64,000 nt of DNA, taken from NCBI RefSeq assembly GCF_004010195.1, contig NC_057751.1, positions 14,986,373 to 15,050,372 on the forward strand, read 5' to 3'. The notes under the pieces were generated by a model. It saw nothing but the letters and a program-made list of their open reading frames with translations, made no database searches and was not told the DNA's origin. How positions within the stretch are numbered: position 1 is the first letter of the stretch; each line of letters begins with the position of its first letter. Positions 25,110 through 37,739 of the stretch are shown piece after piece. This DNA comes from Chiloscyllium plagiosum. Taxonomy: Eukaryota. The position numbers were made by a program, and so were the translations under genes.

Positions 25110-25569
25110 GTGAGTATTCTCGCCACCTGACTGTCTGTCTCCCTGTCCATGCTTGGGATCTGGGCTCTTCTGATGCTTAGCTGGGATCACCATCTTCGAT
25201 TGGTGCCTTTCTATCCACTTTCTATTAAGTGGAGTGGAGAAGTGATGTGGTGGGAGTATTGGGAGTGGACAAGGTCCATGTTTGAGGGATATCAAGGTTT
25301 ACATAATCGAAACATAAGAAATAGGATCAGGTGTAGGTCATTCAGCCTTTCAAACCTCCCTGCCAATCAACAAAATTATGGCCAATTTACTCCAGGTCTC
25401 GATTCCTCTATGATGCCACACAGAATTACAAAAATCTATCTACCTCCTTTTTAAGTACTTTCAGCGATCTTGCCTTCACAACTCTGTGGGGTACAGAATT
25501 TCAGACATTCATTATCCTCGAAGAGAAGAAATTCCTTTGCAACCCAATTTTAAATAAGAGTTACAGAAT

Positions 25570-26060
25570 AAGGGACTTTAGCAATTTCTGAAGAAGGATA
25601 TTTTTGCTGCAGAGGGAGTGCAGCCAAGATTTACCAGACTGGTTCCTGGGATTGCAGGACTGACATATGAAAGGTTGAATTGGTTAGGTTTATATTTGCT
25701 GGAATGAGGAGAGATCTCACAGAAACTTATAAAATTCTAACATGGCTGGACAGGATAGATGCAGGAAGGATGTTCCTGGTGGACAAGGAGTTCAGAAAGA
25801 GGGATCACAATCTAAGGATTTGGGACTGAGGTAAGACATTTCTTCACCCAGACAATGGTAGACCTGTGGAACTCGCTACCCAGAAAGCATTTTGAGGCAA
25901 ATACATTGATAACTCAGGGCTAAAGGAATCACAGGATATTGGAGAAAAGTTTGAACATGTTATTGAGTGGGACGGTCAGCCATGATCATATTGAATGGTG
26001 GAGCAGGTTCAAAGGGTCAAATGATCTTGTCGTGCCCTTGTTTTCTATGTTTCTATGTTT
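25570..26060 (+). mobile_element. CR1 LINE 3' fragment, degraded
   Basis: agatttaccagactg, gatctcacagaaacttataaaattct and a (ttctatg)n tail. Confidence 0.7.
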
Positions 26061-26973
26061 CCAAGTTTGAGATTCCCCCACTAATGAAACAATCTTCTCA
26101 AATTCTACCCTGTCAAACCCGTCAGAATCTTCTATGTTTCAAGAACTGAAGCTTGGGGACCATTTAATGATGGGAGGTGTCCTTGAAATGTAGGATCTTC
26201 AGATTCAAAAATAGAAAGATTGAGTACAGAGCAAGCAAGTTGTGTTGAAATTTTATCAAGCACAGATTAGACCACAAATGGAGCATTGTATCCAGCTCTG
26301 GTCAACACATCTTTTAAACAATGTGAGAGTCCTCAAGAAGATTGACCAAAATAGTTCCTTTTATGGGGGATTTTAGCTACGAGGTTAGTTTGGACAATCT
26401 GGGGCTGTTCCCCTTGTTCTGAAGAAGATTGAAGGGAGATTTCACAAGATGCTAACAGCATTATGTAACAATGTTGTATTATTGTGTAGACAAAATAAAG
26501 CTGGTAGAATATCCTACAGATGGTAGAAGAGTAGGGAACAGATTTAAGACTTAGAGAGAGATGCAGGAGATCAAAGTCAAGATGAAGCATTTCAAAAAGA
26601 AATTGGATGGGCATTTGAGCTAAATGAACTTCCTGGGCTTCAGGAAAAAGTAGGTAATGTGGCTGACAGATTGCTCAACAAAGAGTGAACAAGGACTTGG
26701 TGGGCTGAATAGCTTCATTCCATGTTGTCATGATTCTAAGAGGTAACAGCATGGGGCAGAATTTCGACAAGAGAACTGGACCAGAAATGGACAATGACCT
26801 TAGATCTGGAACAAGATTGTTCTCAGGACAGAGTTAAGGAGAAAATTGAGTTTGGAGCAGAGCAAAAACTAAGGATTCCCACCCCCCCCCTTTCAACACC
26901 TGCAACTCAGTGGAATTCCTGTCCAGCTCTTATGCTTCACTGTCTTTTCCAATAGTTTCTCTGCTCTCTTTAG

Positions 26974-27083
26974 ATGGATGATGTGACCACTCTGGATGAG
27001 TTATCTATGGCACTTCAAACCGATCTGGTTGACCTGCAGAGGAGTCCGTTAGCACGACAACGAGGAGAGGCTCTAGAAGTTCT
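26974..27083 (+). CDS. IKBKB: IKK-beta exon (approx. 16)
   Basis: ctttag|..|gtaaga; MDDVTTLDELSMALQTDLVDLQRSPLARQRGEALEV. Confidence 0.93.
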
Positions 27084-27866
27084 GTAAGAAACTCTTTGGT
27101 TTCTGAGATCATGTACTGTGTTTGCTTCTCCACGATATATTTATGGCTTAGTCTGTCCATTCAGAGAGGAATCATATTGTGTTTTTATCTGCTGAGTTAT
27201 CTTTGAATTAAATTAAAACTCACATTTATCTAAAATCATCATTGATATTCCTAACAATATGTGTATTTGTCCTAGTGACCTAAATATTGCCAGAGGATCA
27301 GGAAAGAATTCCCTTGGGTCAATGAGAATGTTTTTTTTTCCATATCCCAATTAGATTGAAGAAAGAATCCCAAAGTACTTCACAGCCAAGAAATCACATT
27401 GAAAGACTATCACTGTTGCTTTGTCAGCATATGCGATGGCTAATCTATGCACAGCAAGCTCCCCCAAGTAGCAATAAGATGGGTGACTAGTTAATGTGTG
27501 TGTGTTGGTGAAGGAGTGGTTCCTGTAAATTAGAGTGCATAGTCCTGATTAGTGACTGGGACCAATTTATGGGATTATATAGGATACGTGTCATTGAAGT
27601 AGACGATTCCGCCCAACCACTCTAAGCTCGTGTGTTTTTTTTGGAGTGTGGGTGTCATTTTGGACGCATTTCTCATTCCCCGGTAGGAATTAAGAGTCAT
27701 CCACGTTAATGTGTATCTGGAGTCACCTGGCATGTTTCCTTACCTGAAGGACATTAGTAAACCAAATAAGTTTTTACAACAATGAACAGTGGTTGTATGG
27801 TCACCATTCGGCTATACAGCTTTTTATTCCATATTTTTATGGACTTCAAAGAAGCCTGGGAACTAT

Positions 27867-29692
27867 AGGTTGATGAGGAGAGAGCAGTAGACATTGTTTC
27901 CTTGGACTTGAGTAAAGCCTTGGACAGGTTGCACATGGTAGACTAATTGGTCAAGTTAGATCATATGGGATTCAGGGAGAGCTTGTCAACTGATACAAAA
28001 TTGGCTTTACAGTAGGAGTCTGATATTGGTGGTGGGTAGGTTTTTGAGGTGATTCTGAAAGGTACGATTTATATGCATTTAGAAAGGCAAGGAATGATTC
28101 GGAATCGTCAGTGTGGTTTTGTGCATTAGAAATCGTGTCTCACATAATTGATTGAGTTTTCTGAGGAAGTAACCAAAAAGGTTGATGAGGAGAGAGCAGT
28201 AGACATTGTTTCCTTGGACTTGAGTAAAGCCTTGGACAGGTTGCACATGGTAGACTAATTGGTCAAGTTAGATCATATGGGATTCAGGGAAAGCTTGTCA
28301 ACTGATACAAAATTGGCTTTACGGTAGGAGACAGAAGATAGTGGTGAACGGTTGTTTTTCAGACTGGAGGCCTGTGACCAGTGGTGCTCTGCAAGGATCA
28401 GTACTGGGTCCACTTTTATTTGTCACTCATATAAATGGCTTGGATGAGAATAAAGGAGGCATGCTTAGTAGGTTTGTGGATGATACCAAAATTGGTGGTA
28501 TAGTAGACTGTGAAGAAGGTTTGAACGGCACGGTGGCACAGTGGTTAGCACTGCTGCCTCACAGCGCCAGAGACCCGGGTTCAATTCCCGACTCAGGCGA
28601 CTGACTGTGTGGAGTTTGCACGTTCTCCCCGTGTCTGCGTGGGTTTCCTCCGGGTGCTCCGGTTTCCTCCCACCATCCAAAAGATGGGTCAGGTGCAGGG
28701 TCAGGTGAATTGGCCATACTAAATTGCCCGTAGTGTTAGGTAAGGGGTAAATGTCGGGGTATGGGTGGGTTTCGCTTCGGCGGGTCGGTGTGGACTTGTT
28801 GGGCCGAAGGGCCTGTTTCCACACTATAATCTAATCTAATCTAATCTAAAGGTTAGGTAAGATTACAAAGGAATCTTGATCGATTGGGTTAATGGGCTGA
28901 GGTGTGGCAGATGGAGTTTAGTTTGGATGAATGCAAAGTTTTGCATTTTGGTAAAACAAAACAAGGACAGGACTTACACAATTAATGATAGGTGGTATTG
29001 TGGAACAGAGAAACCCAGGGGTTTAGGTACATAATTCTTCGAAATTTGCATCATTGGTAGTAGACAGGGTGGTTAAGAAGGTGTTCAGCAAGTGTTCATT
29101 TCTCAAACCTCTGAGTTATAGGAATTGGGACGTCATGATGAGGCTGTACAGAACGTTGATAAGGCGTCTTCTGGGGTTCTGTGTGCAGTTCTGGTTAACC
29201 TGTTATAGGAAGGATATTATAGGAAGGGTTCAGACAAGATTTACCAGGATGTTGCCAGGAATGGAGGTTTTGAAATATAAAAATAAGCTGGGACTTCTTT
29301 GATTGGAGTGTACAAGATTGAGGGGTGACCTCATAGAGGTTGATAAAATCATGAAGGGCATAGTTAAAGTGGGGCAGTTCAAATCTTGGGAGCAATTTTT
29401 TAAAGTGAGAGGAGAAAGATTTAAAAAAGGACATGAGCAGCAACTATTTTATACAGACAGTAGTTTGTGCATGGAACGAATTGCCAGAGGAAGTGATGAA
29501 CGCGGGTGCAGTTACAGTGTTTGGACATTTGGATAAGTAGATGAACAAGAAAGGTTTGGGGGGGGGAATTTGGACTAAATTAATGCAGGTGGGACTAGTT
29601 TATTTTGGGAACATGGTTGGCATGAACTTATTATTAATAGAACGGAGGATCTATTTCCATACTGTCTGATTCTTTGACTCTATGATTCTATG
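27867..29692 (+). mobile_element. CR1 LINE RT/3' portion with internal duplication and nested SINE
   Basis: WRPVTSGALQGSVLGPLLF, RFVDDTKIGG, LRGDLIEVDKIM. Confidence 0.88.
28527..28848 (+). mobile_element. HE1/V-SINE-type SINE nested in CR1
   Basis: Near-identical to 20127-20450; (ATCTA)n tail. Confidence 0.92.
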
Positions 29693-30349
29693 TTAGGATT
29701 TGAACATTAGCCTGGGGTTCAGATTACTAATCAGCAACATTACCACTACTTTATTGACTCTCCCACATTCTCAAGTTAAGTCTCCTTCTATCTTCCTTAT
29801 CCAAATCTACCAGCATAATTCCCAATACCTTCTTCCTTCTACGCTTGACGAGCTTAGTCTGAAATAAATGGATATATTCACTTCACTTATTCCCTGAGGT
29901 GGTGAATTCCATATGCTCATCACTCTTATGGCTAAGAAATTTTCTTCCGAATTCTTGGTTGGATTTCTTAGTTACGACCTTGTATTGTTGGTTTCTCGTT
30001 AGGATCTTCCCTCCATTCTGCCTTCATTCATGCTTTCAAAAACCTCTCTTTAGTCATCCCTGAATCTTTACACATCCAGTAGAAAGGAGACCCAATCTGT
30101 CAATCCTTTGTGATGTGTGTACCTTTGCATTTCTGGCTTCACCCTTGTAACCCTTCTCGACACACTCTCACAGATGCCTCAATCTCCTTTGAGTAATCTA
30201 TTAACCGGAACTATATGTAGTACCCATTCACTGTGTAAGTAGCACCTTTGAGTTGTCTTGCATTCAATTTCCTATTGGGACACAATCAGTACTTACTAAA
30301 TTACTGTGTGCTTTTCCTCATTGGATTTAATGCTTTCCTGCCACCCCAG

Positions 30350-30399
30350 GGAGGATGCTGCGATGGAATTGTACCGTAAACTCCGGGAGAGACCAAGAG
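30350..30399 (+). CDS. IKBKB: IKK-beta exon (approx. 17)
   Basis: cccag|..|gtaggc; EDAAMELYRKLRERPR. Confidence 0.92.
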
Positions 30400-31355
30400 G
30401 TAGGCAAAAAGACTTCAAACTCAAAAACAAATGGCAAAAATGTGAAATAGGAATAGAAATCATTGTCAGCAAACAGTGGACACATTAGTTGCTTAAGAAG
30501 TTGGAGAAAGGTTAACATTCAGAAGGGGAGTCCTGTCCAGGTGATCGATCTACAGCTGAAATATTTCTTTGCTTCAAGAGTAGCTTTAAAGTAATGGTGG
30601 GCTTTCACTTTCATTCCTGGTTTTATTTCGGGTATTACTTTAGTGGCAGGCAGAGAGGGTGATAGTAATTAGTTGTAACAGGATAACAATATACCAGTGG
30701 GTTAGCACAGTAGGTGAACAAGCAGCATATAGAATTTAACACAGAGGTGTATGGCGTGACATGTTGGGGATACCAATCTGGATTTAATTACGTAGTTTTT
30801 AAAGGGAACAGGGACAGAGGGTCCTGGAGGTGCACATGCCATCTTTGAAGGTGGCAGGACTTATTGACAGACTGCTCAGCAAAGCAGCTTGGGTTCCACA
30901 AATCGAGAAATGAGTACAAATGTTGAGAAATAATGTTGAATTTTTGTAAAATTTTGGCTCTGAGATAACTATAGTAGGAAGGGTGTTAAGGTCCTTGAGA
31001 GAATGTAGAAGTGATTTACCAGAATGATTTCAGGGAATAAATTTAAGGATTTTAGTTACACATTAGGTTGGAGAAACTGAGATTGCTCTTTTTGGAGCAA
31101 AGAATACTCGAAGTAAAGTTTGATAAAAGTGTACAAGATTATGACAGGTTTAGATCAGGTAAAGAAGGAAAACATTTAGCTGTTATTGGTACAGAGATGG
31201 GGGCTAGGCCAGATTTAAGAATGCAAGGGAGGATGCAATGAAGAGTATTTTTGCACAGCAATTGGCAATAACCTGGAACTTACTGCATGTGAATTAAGTG
31301 GATATGGAAACGATGTGATGATTTTAAATAGAAATTGAATGTGTTTGTTCCGTAG

Positions 31356-31455
31356 ACCAGCGGTCCAATGGGGACAGCCAGGAGATGGTCCGAATTCTTT
31401 TACAAACCCTGCAGAGCTTTGATAAGAAGGTGAAGGACATCTACTCGCATCTCAG
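31356..31455 (+). CDS. IKBKB: IKK-beta exon (approx. 18)
   Basis: ccgtag|..|gtatga; [33 protein letters not shown]. Confidence 0.94.
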
Positions 31456-31567
31456 GTATGACTGGTAGAGGGGACAGTGAGCTATCAGAATGCTGTACAC
31501 AAGCTCAGTGTGCTTGGTTTGGTTTTCAAGTCTCACATACAATCACTGCAGGTCAGGAGACCAAACT

Positions 31568-31928
31568 ATTATGAGGGGCTTGGATAGGATAAATAGACAA
31601 AGAGTTTTCCCTGGGGTGGGGGAGTCCAGAACTAGAGGGCATTGGTTTAGGGTGAGAGGGGAAAGATATAAAAGAGACCTAAGGGGCAACTTTTTCACGC
31701 AGAGGGTGGTATGTGTATGGAATAAGCTGCCAGAGGAAGTGGTGGAGGCTGGTACAATGACAGCATTTAAAAGGCATCTAGATGGGTATGTGAATAGGAA
31801 GGGTTTGGAGGGATATGGGCCGGGTGCTGGCAGGTGGGACGAGATTGGGTTGGAATGTCTGGTCGGCATGGACGAGTTGGACCAAAGGCTCTGTTTCCGT
31901 GCTGTACATCTCTCTGACTTTATGACTA
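31568..31928 (+). mobile_element. CR1 LINE 3' end, young
   Basis: ESRTRGHWFRVRGERYKRDLRGNFFTQRVVCVWNKLPEEVVEAG. Confidence 0.9.
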
Positions 31929-32304
31929 AGTAAAAACCAAGTAGTTTCTGACACCAAACAGGAGAAAAATATCACTCAAACTTGCTCTGCTGTCTGGTTA
32001 ATTAGGAATGGAACAACCGTATTATACAAACCTCCGTAAAGAATGCTATTTACTGAGGATGGGGTGGAGCAATTGGTGATTCTGTTTCTGCGATGCAACA
32101 TGGTAAGGGTAGTGAGCAGAATCTAGAACATAGCAGCAAGGAGTGGTGAAGTGACTTATCTTGTAGCCTGATTCCAAATATTGCTGCATCTCTGAGAACT
32201 GAGTAATGTTTGCTTTATTTGCTGACATCCTGGCCCAAGAACAATTACAGGGCTGAAGAAAATGTAATCCTCAACACTAATTGGTGACATCAGGGAAACA
32301 ACAT

Positions 32305-32540
32305 CCTGCTGGGACAGAGTAGAGGCAGTTTTCCTCTGTATCCAACCCCATTAAGTTGTTGTTCTTGAAGTGGTGAATGGAGACAGTGAAGAAGGAGCTT
32401 CACTCTGTATGTTAACCCATGCTGTAGCTGCCCTGAGAATGATGGCCATAGCTTTACTCTGTATTTAACTCATGGAATGCCTTCACTGATCCAATGCTGT
32501 CTCTTACTGTAACCAGTGTGATCTTTCAGTTCTAATGCTG
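32305..32540. repeat. Degenerate satellite-like tandem repeat
   Basis: Recurring gacagtgtagag..gctttactctgtatctaaccc units; same family at 36675-37025. Confidence 0.6.
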
Positions 32541-32924
32541 TGAAGATTAAGCAAGTGAAACGATTGGACGCATATCGCAAGGAATAGCACCACGGTTGGG
32601 TAGAGAGTTTTGATATTCTCTGTTTGGACATGAGAATTGCTGGCAAGGCTTGTATTCTTTACCTAAATTCTGTTTTTTTGGGATGATAGTGTTGGGCTGC
32701 CTTCTTGAGAAAAATAGTGGACAGCAATCATTTTGCAAAGGAATAATGGTCTTGGAACAGCAAGCTTGATTAGAAGGCAATGTATGGTATGGTAATTTTA
32801 CCCTGAGTTTTGTGGTACAGTGTGTTATCCAGATGGTATGTCTTTGGATTGGTTCATTTGTATGGCTACTATGAGATGGAGATGGTTGTGTCTTGGTCTC
32901 TGTATGTTTCCTCTTCTCTTGCAG

Positions 32925-33072
32925 TAAAACTCTGGCCTGTAAACAGAAAGTAATTGATCTGCTACCCCGGCTGGATGAGGTACTACAACAGATGGCAGAC
33001 GATGAGAAGCAGGTGATGAAACTACAGGAGAAGCGTCAGAAAGAACTCTGGCATCTCCTGAAGATTGCATGT
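32925..33072 (+). CDS. IKBKB: IKK-beta exon (approx. 19)
   Basis: ttgcag|..|gtgagt; [49 protein letters not shown]. Confidence 0.96.
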
Positions 33073-34149
33073 GTGAGTATTGTCAGCTAATTATTCTGCC
33101 TGTACAAGTGCCACCTCTGAGTGTTACTACCACAATTGGGCCTACCCCTCAGTTGCACAATCCCTGAGATATATGTCAGGGTAGCAGTGCCCAAGAAATG
33201 CTGCATTGTGAAAAGGACAGGGCAGAGGCAGTGAAGGAGCGTTGCACTGTCAGAGTTGCTGTGGACGCTTATCATCTGTCCTCTCAGGTGGATGCAGAGG
33301 ATCACATGACACTGCTATGAAAAGTGCAATGAAGTCCTCCTCCAGACAAATATGTAGCGTTAAAGGAAAAGACTACACATGTTATATGTTCAGTATCTCA
33401 TTATTATTTGTGGGATCTTGCTGCCATACATTACAATAGTGACTATACTTCAAAAGTACTTCATTGATTCCGGGGGTCTATTAGTGCTGTGGTTTATGTT
33501 GCTGGGCTCTTAACGTAAGCCAGATGTCTGGTGACATAGTTTAAACCTCATTCTGGCAGCGGTCAAATTGAGTGATCTAAATAAATTTGGAATAAAGTGT
33601 TTTGATGTAATTGTAACCATATAATTAAGGAATTGTTATTAAAGCCTACCTGGTTCTCTAACTCTCCTTCCAGGAGGGAATTTGCCGTCCTCACCTAGTC
33701 TGGTCTTTATGTGGCTCCAGACCTGCAACAAAGCCCTGGATTGTAAATGTTCTCCAAAATGGTCCAGCAAAATGCTTAGCTATATTTATGAAAATGCCAC
33801 ATCACAGCGCTCTGGAGGAGTGGAGAATAAATACTGTCAATGATGCCCAAGTGCCATGAATGAGTAATGGAAGAAAAAGTAGTTGAAAAGAAGTTAGGAG
33901 GTTCCAAACTTCAGTTGGATTTAAGTCCCATAGTTGATCATTTATCCTCTAACATGGTATCTCTGTGCATCCTCCCAGCTGGATGTCTCTATGACAGAAT
34001 TACAGTCAGCATTTCATTGACTGGAGCTCCTCTTGAAAACACCCTATTAACGATGGGGAGTATGCACTATTTCAGTATATTTTTAAGAAGGTAAAATATT
34101 TGAATTGGAATTTTTGTGAAGAAATTACATAAACACTTTAAAGAAAATT

Positions 34150-35096
34150 TAATGGTAAGGTCCTGGGGAGTGTTGCTGAGCAGAGAGACCTTGAAGTACA
34201 GGTTCATAGTTCCTTGAAAGTGGAATCTCAGATAGATAAGATAGTGAAGAAGGTGTTTAGGATGTTTTCCTTTACTGGTCAGAGAATTGAGTATAGGAGT
34301 TGGGAGGTCATGTTGTGGCTCAATAGGACATTGCTTAGGCCATTTTTGGAATATTGTGTGCAATTCTGGTCTCCCTGCAACAGGAGGATATTGTGAAACT
34401 TGAAAGGGTTCAGAAAAGATTTACAAGGATGTTGCCAAGGTTGGAGGGTTTGAGTTATAGGGAGAGGCTGATGAGGTTGGGGTTGTTTTCCCTGGAGTGT
34501 TGGAGGCTGAGGGATGACATTATATAGATTTAGAAGATCATGAGGGACATGGACAGGGTAAATAGACAAGGTCTTTTCCCTGGGTTGGGGAAGTCCAGAA
34601 CTAGAGGCCACAGGTTTAGGGTGAGAGGGGACAGATTTAGAAGGGACCTAAGGGGCAACTTTTTCACAGGGAGGACGGTGTATGTATGGATCTGCCGGAG
34701 GGAGTGGTGGAGGCTGGTACAATTACAATACTTAGAAGGCACCTGGATGGATATGGACATGGACAGGGTAAATAGACAAGGTCTTTTCCCTGGGTTGGGG
34801 AAGTCCAGAACTAGAGGCCACAGGTTTAGGGTGAGACGGGACAGATTTAGAAGGGACCTAAGGGGCAACTTTTTCACAGGGAGGACGGTGTGTGTATGGA
34901 TCTGCCGGAGGGAGTGGTGGAGGCTGGTACAATTACAATATTTAGAAGGCACCTGAATGGATATATAAATACGTAGGGTTGAGAGGGATATGGAACAAGT
35001 GCTGGCAAATGGGGCTACATTAATTTAGGATATCTGGTTGGCATGGATGAGTTGGACCAAAAGGTCTGTTTCTGTGCTGTACATCTCTATGACTCT
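34150..35096 (+). mobile_element. CR1 LINE 3' fragment with a 210-bp tandem duplication
   Basis: RPFLEYCVQFWSP motif; 34545-34754 repeated at 34755-34964. Confidence 0.9.
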
Positions 35097-35354
35097 GAAA
35101 CAAAAATGAAAGAATTGTAAGGTTGTGGAGAAGGAGTAGTGAGTATGGACTACTCATGATAACTTTTTAGAAGGGCAGTTAGGGTGAATGGACGCTTGTG
35201 TTGTACGATTCGACAAAACTGTTTTTTTCCGAAAGGTATTCTGAAATGCTGCTTTGGATTTTGCCAGCCCAAGTATTTGTTATGGTTACATTAAATTTGT
35301 GGCCACATCCAGTGCCACCAGCAAAATCTGAGATGAGTTTATGGTTTCTTTCAG

Positions 35355-35479
35355 AGCAAGGTGCGAGGTCCGGTCAGTGGAAGTCCTGAGAATCTCAGTA
35401 CCAGCCGTCTGTCTGCTCCAAGTCAGTCTATCTCTCCTCCCTCTCTCAGCATGCTGCCCTCAGAGAAGTCCAGAAATTT
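35355..35479 (+). CDS. IKBKB: IKK-beta exon (approx. 20), serine-rich region
   Basis: tttcag|..|gtaagt; SKVRGPVSGSPENLSTSRLSAPSQSISPPSLSMLPSEKSRN; SKVRGPVSGSP is typical of IKK-beta rather than IKK-alpha. Confidence 0.93.
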
Positions 35480-35573
35480 GTAAGTTTCAGAATTCCACCC
35501 TCTTTGTTTGGGCCAACTCCAGTTCTAATAAATGGGACAGAAATTGGTTTCTAAGGGTTTTTGGTCACAGAAG

Positions 35574-35920
35574 TGGGGAGGCCATGGCCTAGTGGTATTA
35601 TTACTAGACTGTTAATCCAGAGACCCAGGTAATGTTCTGGAGACCTGGGTTCGAATCCCACCATGGCAGATGGTGGAATTTGAATTCAATAAATATCTGG
35701 AATTCAGGATCTAATGACGACTATAAATTCATTGCCAATTGTCGGAAAAACCCATCTGGCTCACTGACGTCCTTAAGGGAGGGAAACTGCCATCATTACC
35801 TGGTCTGGCCTATATGTGACTCCAGATCCACAACGAAGTGGATGACTTTCAATTGCCCTCTGGGCAATTAGGGATGGGCAGTAAATGATGCCTAGCCAGT
35901 GACACCCTCATCCTGTTCAA
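35574..35920 (+). mobile_element. tRNA-derived SINE, family 2
   Basis: A-box TGGCCTAGTGG, B-box GGTTCGAATCC, tail gggcaattagggatgggcagtaaatg. Confidence 0.8.
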
Positions 35921-36500
35921 GAATAAGTGAGACCCATTTGGTTAACTCGGGAATGAGGAGCTAACTCTTGGAGCACCTTAGATAGAGTGACTGCCTCTAG
36001 TCATGAAAATAGCTTGTTTACAAAGCTTAGTGAAGAAGGTGGCAAGCTGGCCCTGATCAGGCCTACACTCTGTTCTCAAGCAAAGTAGTCAGTGTTCAAA
36101 TGCTCAGTCTCCCAAGAGACACAGGCTCCTGTTGAGAGATATCTTCCCTTCTCTTTCAGAATGACAGTTCCCCTGCCAGCTTCTCAACCACTGCCCAGAG
36201 CTGCTGGGCCATGCTGCATCAGTTCAGCCTGATCTGTCATAGTCTGGCACACAAGGAGCACAGCACCTTGGGGTCACCATCATGTTCAGAATAAGTATTT
36301 TCAGTGAATATCCATCAACCTCACAATTCGCAAACTGAACTGGGTACTTTGAGTGTGAATAATGATTAGATAGTAATGGAAAATGACTCTATGCTGTTCT
36401 TTGGAAGATCATTAGGTAAAGCGCAAAAAAGGGCAAATGTATGAATGAGTAGCACTTGGGTCCAAGATTTTTCAAAGCCTTTGCTTGCTTTCTCTTTCAG

Positions 36501-36600
36501 AGAGGAATCGCTTGTTGTAATTGAAGAAAGTCAGAGCTTCCGCAGTCAGCTTCTGAGTGCAATGAAAGAGACAACTCAGGATCATGAGAATTCTTTGCAG
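36501..36600 (+). CDS. IKBKB: IKK-beta exon (approx. 21)
   Basis: ctttcag|..|gtgaga; EESLVVIEESQSFRSQLLSAMKETTQDHENSLQ; phase 2 to phase 0 fits. Confidence 0.9.
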
Positions 36601-36674
36601 GTGAGATTAAGGCTGATGCATTTCTTCAATTTTATTTCCTTTTATTGTGTAATCTTTGTAAATTCTTCATTTCT

Positions 36675-37025
36675 TCTGAGGGAGCTTTATTCTGTATCTC
36701 CAATTTGCTACATGTGTCCTGGGAATGTCTGATGGGGACAGAGTAAAGGTAGCCTTACTCTGTTTTTAACCCTGTGCAGTACCTGTCCTGAGAGTGTTTG
36801 ATGGGGAAAGTGTAGAGAGGGCCTTACTTTTAGTTTAAAAGAGTAGAGTGAGCTTTACTCCATATCTAACTCTGTGTTGCATCTGCCCTGGAAATTTTCT
36901 TGAAAACTGCAGAAGCTTTAATAGAGTAGAGAGAGCTCTATTCCATATTGAACCCCATACTGTATCTGCCCCAGGAGTTTTATTGAAAACTGTAGAAGTT
37001 TTATTTTGTATCTAACCTGTGCTTT
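36675..37025. repeat. Degenerate satellite-like tandem repeat (approx. 65-bp unit) in the last IKBKB intron
   Basis: Repeated gagctttactc(t/c)gtatctaac..tgt(a)cctgtcctg(g/a)gagtgtttgatgggga. Confidence 0.7.
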
Positions 37026-37122
37026 TTGGTGTTGACGCTGTGTGCCTCTATTCCTAACCTCATGATTCACAATTTTAAAAAACAAAATTTGCCACAAAAA
37101 CTATCTTTGTTCTTTGTTACAG

Positions 37123-37155
37123 TCATTGGATTGGAGTTGGCTTTCTAGCTGCTAA
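37123..37155 (+). CDS. IKBKB: IKK-beta last coding exon with NEMO-binding motif and stop
   Basis: gttacag|TCA TTG GAT TGG AGT TGG CTT TCT AGC TGC TAA = SLDWSWLSSC*. Confidence 0.95.
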   Translation, partial: SLDWSWLSSC

Positions 37156-37728
37156 GGAATTGCACACTGGATTCAATAGTTCCTCATCAATGAGCTCTGA
37201 CTGTAATATTTCGTGAACACGGGCCTTCATCTCTATTAGGTAATGCAGAGGAAAGGCTGAATGTAATTTGCACCAATTTTGGTTTGAAAAGGAAGAATTT
37301 CAGACTTCGATCTGTCAAAACTTGGTCATCACTGCCTCCTGCCACTCACTGCTTCATGATCAACATTTCAACTTCCTCTCCTGCCTCCACACAATTGGTT
37401 TGAAACTGTTCAGCACCCAGGAACAATGTTACCATTCTTTCCCAGTTTGCTATCTCAGCAAGGATTGAGGAGATGTACATGGGTCAGATCTTGCTGCCCG
37501 GTAAAATGTTGAACTGGCCTGTGTGGAGTCCTGCATCTCGAGGAGAGATGGGCTTCGGAGTGTGTTGGGTTAGTAATGGTTCTGGACCTGGACCTCTGCC
37601 TCTAGTAGAAGAGCAAGATGTGATCCAAATGTATTTCTGACTGCTTTGTTTGAGCTAGTTTCCGCCACCTCAAATCCCAACTTCAGGTTATTTGCTGTAG
37701 TAAAATCACAGCACCACCTACTTTTTAA

Positions 37729-37739
37729 AATAAATTAAA
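37729..37739 (+). terminator. Candidate IKBKB polyadenylation signal (overlapping AATAAA and ATTAAA)
   Basis: aataaattaaa about 575 nt after the stop, followed by T/GT-rich sequence. Confidence 0.45.
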
